This document shows positions 14,722 to 32,979 of a stretch of 64,000 bases of DNA, one piece after another. The first letter of the stretch is position 1. Each line of letters opens with the position of its first letter. Below the pieces are notes generated by a model. That model was given only the letters and a program-made list of their open reading frames with translations, was not told the origin of the DNA and made no database searches. Position numbers and translations under genes: made by a program. This DNA comes from Salpingoeca rosetta. Its lineage: Eukaryota > Protista > Choanoflagellata. The stretch is taken from contig JAWQFM010000014.1 in the NCBI GenBank assembly GCA_033442325.1, forward strand, positions 1,331,054 through 1,395,053, given 5' to 3'.

Positions 14722-14854
14722 GTGCGTGCGTGCGTGTGTGCGTGCGTGCGTGTGTGTGTGTGTGTGGTGTGTGTGTACACAATCGTGCACCAATGTGTAC
14801 ATGTGGTGTTCGTGAGAAACAAAGTTGTAGTTGTTGTTCGAACAGCTCATCTCA

Positions 14855-14983
<129 letters not shown>

Positions 14984-15048
14984 ATCGCACAAATGATATT
15001 TATTTTATTTTGTCTGATGCGCTCATCGACGCAACGCACACAGGACAG

Positions 15049-15339
15049 GNNNNNNNNNNNNNNNNNNNNNNNNNNNNNNNNNNNNNNNNNNNNNNNNNNN
15101 NNNNNNNNNNNNNNNNNNNNNNNNNNNNNNNNNNNNNNNNNNNNNNNNNNNNNNNNNNNNNNNNNNNNNNNNNNNNNNNNNNNNNNNNNNNNNNNNNNNN
15201 NNNNNNNNNNNNNNNNNNNNNNNNNNNNNNNNNNNNNNNNNNNNNNNNNNNNNNNNNNNNNNNNNNNNNNNNNNNNNNNNNNNNNNNNNNNNNNNNNNNN
15301 NNNNNNNNNNNNNNNNNNNNNNNNNNNNNNNNNNNNNNN
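15049..15339. other. Assembly gap (other gaps at 5959-6058, 28601-28902, 46761-47018, 48725-48824)
   Basis: Runs of N, mostly flanked by CA repeats. Confidence 0.99.
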
Positions 15340-15368
15340 CAACACACACAACACACACAAAATTGTAG

Positions 15369-15854
15369 GTATCCCCTCTTTGGGTGTGAGCATCCACACA
15401 GCAACCGTGGGTGCTAGCGTGCGAGTTTTCCCCATACAGAAGCATGCAGACGTCATCAAGGTACCAACAGCCGTCGACCGCTATACCGGGCCGTTTGTCT
15501 GCGTTAATGATCACTGCGCGCTGCGACTTTAAGCTTGCACGTCTGCCCACCTAACTCTGACTCTCTTGCGCTCTTTTTTCCGTTCTGAAATGCGTCATAC
15601 CTCATACCACTGCTTCACACCTCATCCTTCTGCTGCACACCAACCCCTTCTATCCTTCCTTAACATTGCGCAGACATGCCAGGAGAAGAGTGTGGAGGTG
15701 CACGTGTATGACCGCCTGCATCTCGCCCACCAGCTTGCGAGCGCTCTGGAGCACTTGCACGCGCGCAGATGCGTCCACACGGACGTGCAGGCCTCAAACT
15801 GTCTTCTCACGTACGGTGGGCGGCTCAAGCTCTCTGGCTTTGTCAACGCACACA
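15369..15854 (+). CDS. Displaced kinase exons (subdomains IV-VII) of the upstream PTB-pseudokinase
   Basis: 15369-15460 encodes LGVS...QPWVLACEFSPY...DVIK across apparent frameshifts at a contig edge. 15674-15854 encodes RLHLAHQLASALEHLHARRCVHTDVQASNCLL...LKLSGF and ends in phase 2, matching the exon at ~13009. Confidence 0.7.
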
Positions 15855-16058
15855 GGTTGGGAATGGAGGACATGTGTGTGGTTTTGTGTGGATGTGTGTG
15901 TGTGTGGTTGTGTGTATATGTGTGTTTGTGTGTTCGCTTGTTTGTTTATGCATGCTTGACCTCCGTCCTTGTTGTTGTCCTTGTGCGCACCAGGCATTCC
16001 TGTACTTTCTTCGTTAGATACGCCGCCGACAGCAACACACACACACACACACACTTTT

Positions 16059-16100
<42 letters not shown>

Positions 16101-16114
16101 AACGCACCGTGCAC

Positions 16115-16732
16115 GAGTAGCAGAAGCAGCAGGTGATGAGGCTGATGAGGAAGCTGAGCCACACGATAATCATGGCCACAATCATGAGACCAGCGGCAAC
16201 ACGCAGACCCTCACTGGGAATGTCCTGCAGAGAAACACCTGCGTGTGTGTGGTAGCGAATGCATGATGGAGGTGAGCGCGTGCCACAGACACGAAGGGAT
16301 CATGCATGAAAAGACACGTGGGGGGGGGGGTTGCATGGCTTTGCGTGTCTGTGTGACAGCGTGCATGCTTACCGTAAACTTCGATGTTGCACCGAAGATC
16401 CTTCTGGTCTTGGCATTCTGTTTGACGAAGAGCACACATGCGTGTCGGGTGGAGGAGGGACGGAGGGCGAACAAGGGCATCGGTGAGATTGTTGTGCGTG
16501 GTAGCAAGGGCGGAAGGCAATGCGACGCGCAACCATGAATCCACACAGTCACAGACACAGGCACAGATAGACACACATGCACACACACACATGCACACAC
16601 ACACACCTGAAAATACGCCACAGGCGTAGGCTGTTGTGTCCCCTGAAGGGATCGGGGCCAGAAGCCAGAAGGGGGCCGCCGCAGCGACAATCAGGAAGAT
16701 GCCCGACAGCAGCAAGAAGAAGCTGTACAGGC

Positions 16733-16764
<32 letters not shown>

Positions 16765-16918
16765 GTGGGCAAACAAACAGGAACAGGCATCGGTGAGCAT
16801 CGTGGCCAACGCCATAGGTCTCACAACTCCAAAGCAAACACACGCCCCCCCCGCCCCCCCGCCTTCGACACGTTGTCACTCACATGTGGATCAGCAGGTG
16901 AGAGCCCTTCTTCGCCAT
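16115..16918 (-). CDS. LHFPL/TMHS-like tetraspan membrane protein (claudin/PMP22 superfamily), 3' half missing
   Basis: Exons 16918-16884, 16731-16607, ~16417-16373 and ~16238-16115 give MAKKGSHLLIHILYSFFLLLSGIFLIVAAAAPFW...CGVFSECQDQKDLRCNIEVYGVSLQDIPSEGLRVAAGLMIVAMIIVWLSFLISLITCCFCY. The TM1-PxW, GxF-C, C and DIPS-TM2 pattern matches LHFP proteins. Confidence 0.6.
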
Positions 16919-17496
16919 GATGCTGGTTTACAACAAAGGATCGCTCGCTTGGCGAGAGAGAGAGTGTGTGTGTGTGTGGGTGAGAGAGAGGTGGTCGGTG
17001 ACGACGGCTGCGGGTGTTGTGTGGATATGGGGAGGAGTGCTTTGTTCGTGTGTGTGTGTGTTTGGCAGGAAAAAAAAAGTGGGTGGGTGGGGTGCACCAT
17101 CGAATATTCATTGAAGATTTTAACAAAATGTCGTTGGTTGCAGTTGTCGTGCTGTTTCATTGTGTGTGCACCTGCCAGGGTGCTGTGGTGGAACAAGACG
17201 TGGTGGTGTGTGTGGATAAGGGAACAACAAGCAATGGTGGCTGTACAAAAGGAGAAAGAGATGTAGGAGAGTAATGAAACAGAGGAACGTGTGAAGGGAA
17301 AAACACAAAAGAAAAGCGAGATCTTAGGACAAAGTGCTTCTCTTCTTTGTGAACAGTGTGTGTGTGTGTGAGGTGTGTGTGGTGTGAGCGAGTGAGCAGG
17401 GGAAGAAGAACAAGCAGCAATACACATGCAAACAGAGCAAACAGAGCGCCGACGCTGCTTGCTTGTTGTGTCTTCCCAGCATCCAACGGGTCCATT

Positions 17497-17904
17497 TCAG
17501 ACTTGCTCGTGCGCAGGCTCCAGCGCGAGGGAGTCGCCCTGCTGCTGCTGCTGCTGTTGACTGGCCGTGTCGCTCGTGTTCAAGGGCTCAGTGGTTGTCG
17601 TTGTCGCGGGCTCTGGTTGTGATGATGGCTGTTGTGTCTGCTGCTGTTGTTGTGGCTGCTGTTGTGGCAGGTTGGGGGATTCCTGCTGCTCCTGGCCCTT
17701 TGCTGCCTTGTGCTTGCGGGGGCGGGACAAGACGGCGTCAGGGTCGGGGTGGAAGTGCTGGTAGCACATGTACAGCGACGTGAAAAAGGCCACCCACGTC
17801 GAGAAGTAGCCTGCACACACAAAACAAAATAGCCCGTGGTAGGTTGGGATGAGTGTGGAGGGAGGGATGAGTTGGTGATGGGTTGCGAGCAAGCAGGCGC
17901 ATAG

Positions 17905-17959
<55 letters not shown>

Positions 17960-18406
17960 ACCGTTTGCCGTGCCGCGGGCTGCGCCGCAGCTGGAGTTGA
18001 ACGGCCCCTCTGCGCTGGTGTTGACGCCCGCACCGGCCGCCCACCAGGCCACGAGGAACACGGAGATGGCCTTGCCAGCAGCCTGTATGGGGTGGTGAGA
18101 AGAAAAGGGGAGGGACAGTGAAGTGAGACGGGGGTTGAAGCACGAGGTGGTGGTGGTGGTGGAGGGGGACATGACACGATGAGGTGTGCAAGAAGGGTTA
18201 TGGTTGCTAGACAGACAGCCTGATGCAATTTCACGTGTCTATTCTACAGTGCATAACGTACGTGCGCTGAGTCTGGGGCGAAGCGGAGGATGCACATCTG
18301 CGGGCGAGAACGAGCAGTGCGGTGCGAGTTGGTTGGACGGGAGAGAGGGGACGGACGAAGAATGGAGAAACGGGAGGGGGAGGGGAAGAGTGAGACGATG
18401 CATGAT

Positions 18407-18474
<68 letters not shown>

Positions 18475-18723
18475 CTGCCAATAACTGACGTGGCCGATGC
18501 AGACGACGGCGGCGATTGCGCCGACAGCGACAGCGAAACCGTTGCGCTCCGAGCAGTCGTTGACACTGTCGCACACATCCGCAGCAACAGCCTGGCAGTG
18601 GGGAGGAAAGGGAGAGGGTGTGAGGATAGGTGTGAGGATGTTGTTTGGTGGATGTTGTTTGGTGGGCTTATGTGTGTGTGTGTGGTTGGGGGGGGGGAAG
18701 GATATTATCAAGTAACATGCAGT

Positions 18724-18769
<46 letters not shown>

Positions 18770-18996
18770 ACACGAAGACTGTTATAAGAGAGCTATGCTC
18801 ACCGTAGGCGAGTGTCTCCGAACGAGTAACACCATAGAGTGCGCGCTCAAAGTGGTCCAGTTGCCGCTCAAATCCAATAGACTTAATGCAAGGTTCCCGA
18901 AGGGAGTCGTGAATACGGGTCAGACCGAATCGCAGGTATGGGTGACTGACACGACACGTCCATGACTACAGACGGCACGTGTTCTGCTAGCGTCGT

Positions 18997-19041
<45 letters not shown>

Positions 19042-19881
19042 CACAGGCACAGACAGCCAGACCAGAACAAGACCACACGCCACGCACCATTTTAACGAAG
19101 GAGGTGAAAGAAGACGAGGAAAGATGGCGCCATTGACGAACGGCGGACGGTTGCTGCGCAGAGACCCAAAGGCCTCGGGGCAGAGCCATGGACGCATACA
19201 CAATCGCAGCAAGAAAGGCAATCCTGTCATGCACACACAAGTGCGCGCGCGTGTGTGTGTGTGTTGCAGGGAACGTGGCACATAATCGCATGTCAGTGGA
19301 CGAAGGGATGGATGCAGGGGCGTAACTCGGAAGCGAGGGACAGCCACAGACACACACACACACACACACACACATATACGTGTGCGATGCACCATCGCCT
19401 CAATCATACCCTGTGATTCAGCACACGAGCACGGAGCAAATACATGTTGCGTGTGAGGTGAAGGTCACATCACGTCATACAGGCGGACACAAGAGCACGT
19501 GCATTCGTGCATGCATGTACGCACGCAGGTGGCATCTCGCCGGCAACAAGAGGGCAGTACGGGAGCAGACGAAGAAAGCAAAGAGACTCACAGGTTGAGA
19601 AGAAGCCGTTGCCAGAGATGGGGAAGGGGCCGTCAGCGCGCGTGGTGAAGGCGGCACCAAATGCCCACAAGATGACCAGCAGCAGCGCCACGCCAACGTC
19701 AAGCTGCAGACACAGACCAAGAATGTCATGTCATCGCAAGTGGCATGAGAGTCAGGAAGTAGCAACACGGAAGGGCCACACACACACACACACACACATA
19801 CAGAGACACAAACGATCACACATACGGAGAGACACACGCACACACACACACACAGACCATCACACATACAGACACGCGCAG

Positions 19882-19924
<43 letters not shown>

Positions 19925-20385
19925 GCCACACACACACAGGCAACTAGTGACCAAATGTATCTGCATGCATGCATGCACGGACTGGACCTTCTTGTCAATG
20001 TGCATTTGGTTAAAGATGAGGCCTAGGCGGATGAAGCAGATGAATGAAGAAATGACGCCAACGGCAATGGCCCAGCCGTTCTCGGCGTCGTCGCAGGAAT
20101 TAGTGGTGTCGCAACTGTGCACCGTCAGCGTCAGAGCGAGGGCGAGCGAGCAAGGGAAGCAAAGGGAAGAAGAGACAGGGGTGAGAGGGTGGAACAGGGA
20201 GAGAGCTCATGCAGAGAACACGGAGAGCACGGAGAGAGCACAGCGAACACACAGGTTGTTGCCACTTACAAGTCGGCTGCGGTGGCAAACTCGATGATGG
20301 AGGCTGCAAAGCAGACAAACAGGCTTCCGCCCACACGCCGGCGCACGGCGGGCTTGTCGTCGAGATGATCCTCTTCTGGCTTCAT
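17497..20385 (-). CDS. Polytopic membrane protein with two tandem 4-TM (MARVEL-like) repeats
   Basis: ATG 20385 in GCCACCATG context. Repeat 1: AAD-CDTTNSC...GWAIAVGVIS...LWAFGAAFTTRADGPF...GNGFFSTWIAF. Repeat 2: AADVCDSVNDC...GFAVAVGAIA...WWAAGAGVNTSAEGPF...ANGYFSTWVAF. Gln-rich tail, stop at 17497. Confidence 0.7.
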
Positions 20386-20405
20386 GGTGGCTGTTGAGGG
20401 AGCAC

Positions 20406-20510
20406 TTGTGCTTGTGCTTGTGCTTGTGCTTGTGCTTGTGCTTGTGCTTGTGCTTGCGCTTGGTTGGATGAATGTACGCTTATATCTTGAATGAATGTAC
20501 GCTTATATCT
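20406..20510. repeat. (TTGTGC)n hexamer run plus a 23-bp-period direct repeat (ATGAATGTACGCTTATATCT x2)
   Basis: Copies at 20468-20487 and 20491-20510, just upstream of the ATG at 20385. Confidence 0.9.
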
Positions 20511-21626
20511 GGGGGGTGCTGATGATGTTGGGTGGCAGCTGCAGCAGCAACTTGGCTTTGCTTCGTTCTCGGGCACGGCAGGTGAGGTTGGTCAAGAAAA
20601 TGAATGCCAGCGCCTGCGTCGACTGCACCACTTCCTCTTCTCCCTTTCTTCTTGCGCCACTGTGATGGTGACATTGCTTGATGATCATCCTCCTCAGCCA
20701 TTGTCAAAGCAATCCACAGCGTGATGTGTGGTGTGTTGACTCAATGCAAGCCGCCCCAAAAGCAAGGAAAGAAGCGTGGGGTGGCGAACAAACAAAAGAA
20801 AGAACAAACGAACGAACGAACGAAAGAATGGACGGACGGCCTGTCGCAGCAAGAAACACGCCTCAAGCAAGCGAGGCTGAGATGTTGATGATGAGGGGTG
20901 GTGGGGTGATGTGCTCATGCTTGCATCGCCAACCAACCACAGCAACAACAGTTTGTCATGTTGCGTGATGTATGTAGAAAATTGTGCTAAATTATCCGTT
21001 GTTTTTCTCAGCAGCGATGTGTCACCCGCCTTGATTGCACTGCTGGTGGCGGATGAAGCAATCGCAACCACACCACACTGGTGTTCTGCGGCCTGCAGTG
21101 TGTGTGTGTGTGCGTGTGTGTGTGTGTGGCTCTGTGCGTGTGTGTGTGTGTGCAAAACCTCTGATTCCCTTCCCTGCTTCACCTCGACTTGGTTGGTTGG
21201 AGGTTTTGTACTATGGTGGAAAGACAAGGACACAAGACAAATGGAACAACAACACCGTTGCCACTCCCTATCCATGTGAAAGGGGTGCAAGCGAAGCAGA
21301 GCGAGAAGAGCAAGGGAACGAACAAAACACCTTATGCGTAGGAAAGACAACCAAGCGGACGTAGGAAACCAAAAAAAAAAAACTTCACACAACATCAACA
21401 GGCTGTATGCTTGCTTGCTCGCTCGCTTGCGGGAGGGCGAAAAAAACCACCGACACACAACACACATCAAAACCACATCAAACATGCAAACACAAGACAA
21501 TGACATACACAAACAGAACAGAAGAAGGAATGGATGGAGGCGGTGCAGGCATGCAAGTGCGACAAGCATACACGCACACACGCGCACACACGCGCACAGC
21601 ATGCACACACGCACACATGCAAATGA

Positions 21627-24600
21627 TCAGAGCCGGTCGAGGAGCTCGCTGGCGGCGGGCGGGTGCGGTTTGGTCATGCGCTTGCGGGCGCGCACGGCGG
21701 CGACGGCCTGGCCAGCTGGCGTGGCCGGGTCGAGCGGGTCGCCCTCCACCATGGCCCAGTGGCCAAACGTGGTGGTGGGGAACGCCTTGCCAGACGTGGC
21801 GCGCATGAGGTTGCTGTTGAAGCCAAAGGAGCGGGCAACAGGCAGGTGCGCGCGCACCGTGTGCAGCGGGGTGCCGGCCACAACCGTCTCACCAACAACA
21901 GCGCCACCGCGGTCCTTGAGCACGCGGCGAACACCGCCCATGCCCTCCTGCGGGACTGTGTTGAGGGCGACAACACGTGGGGGTGGGGAAGAGGAAGCAG
22001 ACGGTGAGCGTGGTGTGATGACTTGTGTGTATTTGGGGCGATGATATGGTCAATGAAACACACAATACAAGGAACAAAAGCTGGTGTGTGTTTCTGCTGC
22101 ATTGGAAAGTACGCGCGCCCACAAAGATGCACACAAACACACTTGCACAAAGATACATCCACTTTCACTTGCGCACACTTTGACACACACACACACATAC
22201 GCAATGCACAATACACACATACACATACACACACGTACACGCAACACAAAAACACACACATATACACACACCTTGGATGGTGACAGCAAAGATGGGCTGG
22301 AGGAGGCGCGGGTGCGCGGTGAGGACGGCACCATGGAAGGCGCGCCGGGCCATGGGCAGAATCTGGTCCACCCGGCGGTGCACAGAGTCCTGGTGCAGCC
22401 GTGCATCCGTGATGGAGAACACCACGCCACGAAGCTCCTCGTGGCACAGCACGCTGCCAGCGCACACGTCCTTGAAGGCGGTGACCACCATGTCCAGGAT
22501 CGGGTTGAGGTCCATACCAACCGTCTCGTCAACCAGCACGTTGCTGCCGCACATGGCCACCACCTTCTTGGCAAGTGCGCGGTCCGCGCCTGCGGCAACG
22601 AGCGCCGCCGTGCGGGAGGCCGTGTCCATCTGCATGCTCACGCTGCCGTCGTCCAGCGCAGCTACGAGGTCGTCGCTGGCAGGGCGCGCCTTCACGTACA
22701 GCCGGTTGTGCTTGTTGCTGCTCTTGGCCAAGCACACCTGCGTGCTCTCCTGCGCCACGCCCTCGCAGTACTGCACGGCCGGCTCCGTGGCCACCACGCT
22801 GCAGCCAACCGCCTCGGACAGCGCGTCCAGGCACAGCTGCACGTGCAGCTCGCCCACCCCGGCCAGGATCTTCTCGCCGGTGGCGCTGTCCGTGTAGCAC
22901 AGCACGCACGGGTCCTCCTGCTGCAGCGACTGCATCGCCTGCTGCAGCTTGGTGGCCAGGCTCTCCTTCTTCGGCCGCACAGACACGCGCACCACGGGCG
23001 ACACGCTGAAGCGCAGCACCTTGAGCGGGTGGGCCGCCAGCGTGGAGGTGAGCGTGCCAGCCTTCACCACGGCGCCGTCAAGCCCGAGCACGCCAACAAC
23101 CATGCCGGCCCTCCCCTCCTTGATCGGCTGCATGCGGCTCGCCATCACCAGGCGCAGGCCCTTGACAGACACGGGCACAGCGCCGCGCACACGCCCGCCG
23201 CTCTTGGCTGCACTGCTGCTGCTGCTGCTGCTGCTGTCGTCGTCGTCGTTGGTGCGTGGCGGCGTGTAGTCTGGGTCCAGGGCGTGCAGGGTGTCACCAA
23301 CGCGGACTGTGCCGCAGAAGACGCGGCCAAAGCCAATCATGGCCTTGCTCTGCTTGGACACGCGCACCATCTTGGTGATGAAGACCACGGCCGGGCCGTG
23401 GGGATCGCAGTGCTGCATGGCCCTCACCACATTGCGCTCGCCTTTGCTCATCACGTCTTGTTCGTCTTCAGCCGCCTTATCGCCGTCATCGTCAACAACG
23501 CCCTGGTAGCTGTGTCATGATTTGTAGTTGAGGTGATGGTTGACAGCGTGTGAGTTGGGCAATGGTGGGAGAGCAAAAGGACAAAGGAACAGGAAAAAGG
23601 AACAAGGGAGCAAAGCAGACACACACACACACACACAAACACACACGACATACACGAGACACACACACACACACACACACTCAAAGTTCACACACGCGAC
23701 ACACATGCATACACACACATGCATACACACACACACGATACACACACTCAAACAAACAAACACGAGCAGGCGTACATGGCGTGGACGCGGGCGGGCTGTG
23801 CCTCAAGCGGCGATGGAAGGTGGTCGTCGATGAGGGCCAGCAGGGCGTCAGCAACAGGCAGCCAGGCCTTCATCATCAGCTTGCGCAGGGGCTTGAGCTC
23901 GCTCTCCCGCTTCTGCGTCTCCGTCATGGCGGCAGCGACGCCGAGCGTGCCTGCAAGCTTGAGCAGCGCTGCGCGGTCGCCGGACGACTCCGCGGCGTGC
24001 ACGGCGTAGATGGGCTGCAGCACAACGGCGCAGAACGTGCGCTGGTGGGCGCTGCCGTCGGCGTTGAAGCCCTGGTCGCGCCGCCACTTGCCCGTGGACG
24101 GGTCGACAAAGTAGTCGCCCCACAGCCGCTTGGTCAGCTTCATCACCTCCTCCGAGGCGCGGTGCGGTGCCGGTGGCGCGGGCGTGCCTGCCTTGGTTGC
24201 CTTGGCCGCCTGCTTCTTCTGCACCAGGGCTGCGCCAATCTGGGGCAGGGTGAACCCCCAGCCGTACAGGCCGCTGCCAAAGCCGACGGTGCCCTTGCAC
24301 GGGTCCACGGTGAAGTCAACGCCCTCGGGCTGGTATGTCTCAATGAGCTCGTTCACGCTGTCGATGGTCGCAGCGACCTTCATGTACGCGTCTACAACAA
24401 CAAAAACAAATGGTTGGGCAAAAAAGGACAGCAAAGAGGGAAGCGACAAAGGTTATGTACATCCAACAAAACAGCATCAAAGCCACAAACACACATCTGC
24501 ACACTTGTTCACACATGTCTCCACATTTGCACACTCGTTCACACACACACATGTGTACACTTGTTCACACACACATGTGTACACTTGCTTACACACCCAC

Positions 24601-25262
24601 ACCCACACCCACACCCACACCCACACACACACAATGCGCACACCTTCAGGGGTTGCCTGGAGCTCGGTGATGATGCGGTCGAGCTTGTTGAGGAAGAGGA
24701 CCGGCTGCACGTGCTCGGCAAGGGCTTGGCGCACAACCGTCTCCGTCTGCACGCCAACGCCCTCCACGCAGTCCACAATGACAAGCGCGCCATCGCACAC
24801 CCGCAGGGCCGTGGTCACCTCGCCCGAGAAGTCGGCGTGGCCCGGGCAGTCAATCAGGTTGACGCGCAGGAAGCCTTCCTCGTTGTTGCGGGGCGGCGGG
24901 GCAACGACGGCACCGTCACGGCAGCGGCCTGGGGCCACCCCGACGCGGGCAGCCCAGTCCGGGTAGTGCAGGCTGATGCCTGTGGACTTGATGGTGATGC
25001 CGCGCTCTTGCTCGGCGGCCTCCGTGTCCAGGGCGAGCGCCTTGCCCGCCTTGGCGTCGTTGAGGACACCGGCACGCGACAGCACAGAGTCCGCCAGCGT
25101 CGTCTTGCCGTGGTCCACGTGGGCGATGATGCACACGTTGCGCGTCACCGCAGTGACGCGGTCCTCCTCACACCGGAAGATCACATCTTGAACTTGTTGT
25201 TGTACTCGGTCGTCTCGGCGGTCCTTAGCCGCGAAAGGAACAGTTGCCCTCCATGTTCTCAC
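21627..25262 (-). CDS. Divergent eukaryotic elongation factor 2-like GTPase (start codon uncertain)
   Basis: [101 protein letters not shown] and LLDRL-stop. Four large exons approx 25262-24644, 24388-23775, ~23500-22273 and 21957-21627. Confidence 0.85.
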
Positions 25263-25628
25263 GGAGGGCCGGTGAAGGCTTGAAGGGGGTGGGAAAAGCG
25301 GGGAGTCGGGTACACGACTCAGTCAGTCAGTCAGTGGCTTTGAGTACATTGATGAAAGGAAAGAAAGATCGCTGTGTCCTTGGGCCTTTGTAGCTTTGTT
25401 GATTGCTGAAGGAAGCGGTGAAAATGCGATCACACCCACAGTGAACTTTGCTTGTTGTGTGCTTTGTGTGGCGGCTTGCGTGGTGAGTTATGGAGGACTC
25501 TGTAATTGTCGTCGTGTAACAAGTGAAGCAAGCAGTGAGATGAGTCATGTCACATCTCATTCACAGGGAGCCAAAAATAGAAGGGGGCGTGACTGAGAAA
25601 AGAACTGATTTAAGACGAAGAACTGAAT

Positions 25629-30873
<5,245 letters not shown>

Positions 30874-31323
30874 CGCCTTGTGCGTGCAGGTGCTGTCCTT
30901 CCTTCGTTGTTGTCTTCCTCGCTGTTTGTGTGTGTTTTTCTTGGAGGATATTGATGATGAGAGTGCACGCTTTCAATTCCCTCACTTGTGCGTGCATGTG
31001 TGAGTGAGTTTGTGTGTGTACTGACATGAGTCCACATCGTTGCTTCTCTTCACCCAGCACCCACACCCACATCACACATCACCCTCATTGCAACGTGTGC
31101 CGCGGTGTGTACGCTCTAATGTCAGGTTGCATGCGACACACGCAACACAAAGACGACGACGACGACGACACACGCGCAGCAGACGCAGGCACAAAGCGCG
31201 GGACAGCAACATAGCAGCAGGGTCAACATCAGGCACACGGCGACAACAACAACACCAAGCGCGGTGCAAGCATGCGTGTGTGGATGCATGAGCGGACGCG
31301 ACTTTGAGTGCGCCCGCACTACA

Positions 31324-31359
<36 letters not shown>

Positions 31360-31557
31360 TTACTCTACACCCACAATCACAGACGCACTCACAGCAAAGC
31401 AAACAAACAAGCCAAGGCGACAAACAGCAAGGGCAAATGTGCTTGCTTGTTGCCTGCTTGCCGCATCATGTGCTTGAATCCGCGGGACGTAGATATGCAT
31501 GAGAGAGAGAGATGGGTGAAAGGGGAAGGAAGGGTGGATGGAAGGAAGGATGGCAGC

Positions 31558-31750
31558 TCAGACGTGGCTGGCAAGGTCCTCCAGCAGCTCCTTGACGTGC
31601 GGGCGCTTCGTCTCCTTTGCAAGGCGAAGAATCTCCTCGCGGTCCTTGGTGATCTCGGCCTGCAATCGGCAGCGACGTGGTGGTGTCGGCGGTGGTGGTG
31701 AGCGATGGCGGGACGTGTCAGGGGATGACGAGGCGGATGAAGCAGAAGAT

Positions 31751-31807
<57 letters not shown>

Positions 31808-32549
31808 ATATGGCGGGTCGCAACAACACATGGCCACAAAGGAACACAGACACGAAACATACCAGACAGGTACACACACGCCAGAGCACATGCGCACCAA
31901 CAAACATATGTACAAACAAAGAGACACACATACACATACACCAACACACACACACACACACACACACACACGCGCGCGCACACATTCACACGGCACCTTC
32001 TCCTTGAGCTTCATCTGGCGGATCTTGGCCTCGTGCTTGCGAATGTAGATGGTCTCCTCAGCAAGCTCCTTGTCGCTGAACTGTAACGGTCGGAAAATGA
32101 AGATAAGGAAAACAGCAGCGGGTAAGAACAAAGGGAGAGGCATGCAAGGAGTGAGACTAGAGCGAGCCAAAAAAAAAAATAAGGTATGTACATGCATGCG
32201 CGCACGAGTCGAACACACGCACACACACACAACCACGTGACGACGCAGACGAAGCGAAAGCACAACAACACCAGGTGAAAGCGCAACAATACAACACACA
32301 CACACACACACACACACAAACCAGCACACACAAAACAACAAAGCACACATAAACCAGCACGCACAAACAACAAAGCACACATAAACCAGCACGCACAAAC
32401 AACAAAGCACACACAGCACACACACACACACATACACCCATATGCACACTTACGCCAGTGCCCTGGACGGAGCGGACGGCGGAGGCGGCGTGCATGGCGC
32501 GGGCAGGGGCCGCAAGGCGGACAAGGCGGGCAACACGGCACAGAGACAT
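31558..32549 (-). CDS. Mitochondrial F1Fo-ATPase inhibitor IF1-like protein
   Basis: Exons 32549-32454, 32080-31997 and 31659-31558, all phase 0. Arg/Ala-rich presequence, then FSDKELAEETIYIRKHEAKIRQMKLK resembling the IF1 F-x-x-x-E-x-A-E-E-x-x-Y motif, then a coiled-coil tail. Confidence 0.7.
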
Positions 32550-32944
32550 GGCTGGTTGGTGTGAAGAAATGGGAGAATGTGATTGGAATGAAGGAAGGGG
32601 CTGGTTGGACTGGTAACCGCTTGCTTGCTTGGTTGATATCTCGATCGGGAGCTGTCACACAGCAAAGCAAGAAGGTGAAGAGAAACCAAATGGAGCAGAA
32701 CCAAAGGAAGAGGAAAAGAGAGGAGAAGCGCAGCAGAAGACAGAAGAAGAAGAACCGTTAACGTTCACATCACCACAACGTAACGTTGATTGGGGGAGAA
32801 GGAAAGGCGGGGAACAACGAGACACGACAACCATGTGAGCTGTGAACGAAACAAAAGAGCAAAGATGTATGTGAATCACCAAACAAATACCGCGTGTGTC
32901 TCTCTATGCGAGCCTTTCACACACACACACACACACACACACAT

Positions 32945-32979
<35 letters not shown>

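Noticed and set aside
15369-15460. Frameshifts suggesting a pseudogene or programmed frameshift
   Set aside because: At a contig edge next to a gap; base-call errors are the simpler explanation.
22084-25283. Long + strand ORFs (478 and 577 aa)
   Set aside because: Antisense shadows of GC-rich eEF2-like exons.
25323-25349. In-frame TGA after ATG 25349 as selenocysteine or readthrough
   Set aside because: Lies in a (CTGA)n micro-repeat in a non-conserved leader; no SECIS recognised; an unrecognised first exon is more likely.
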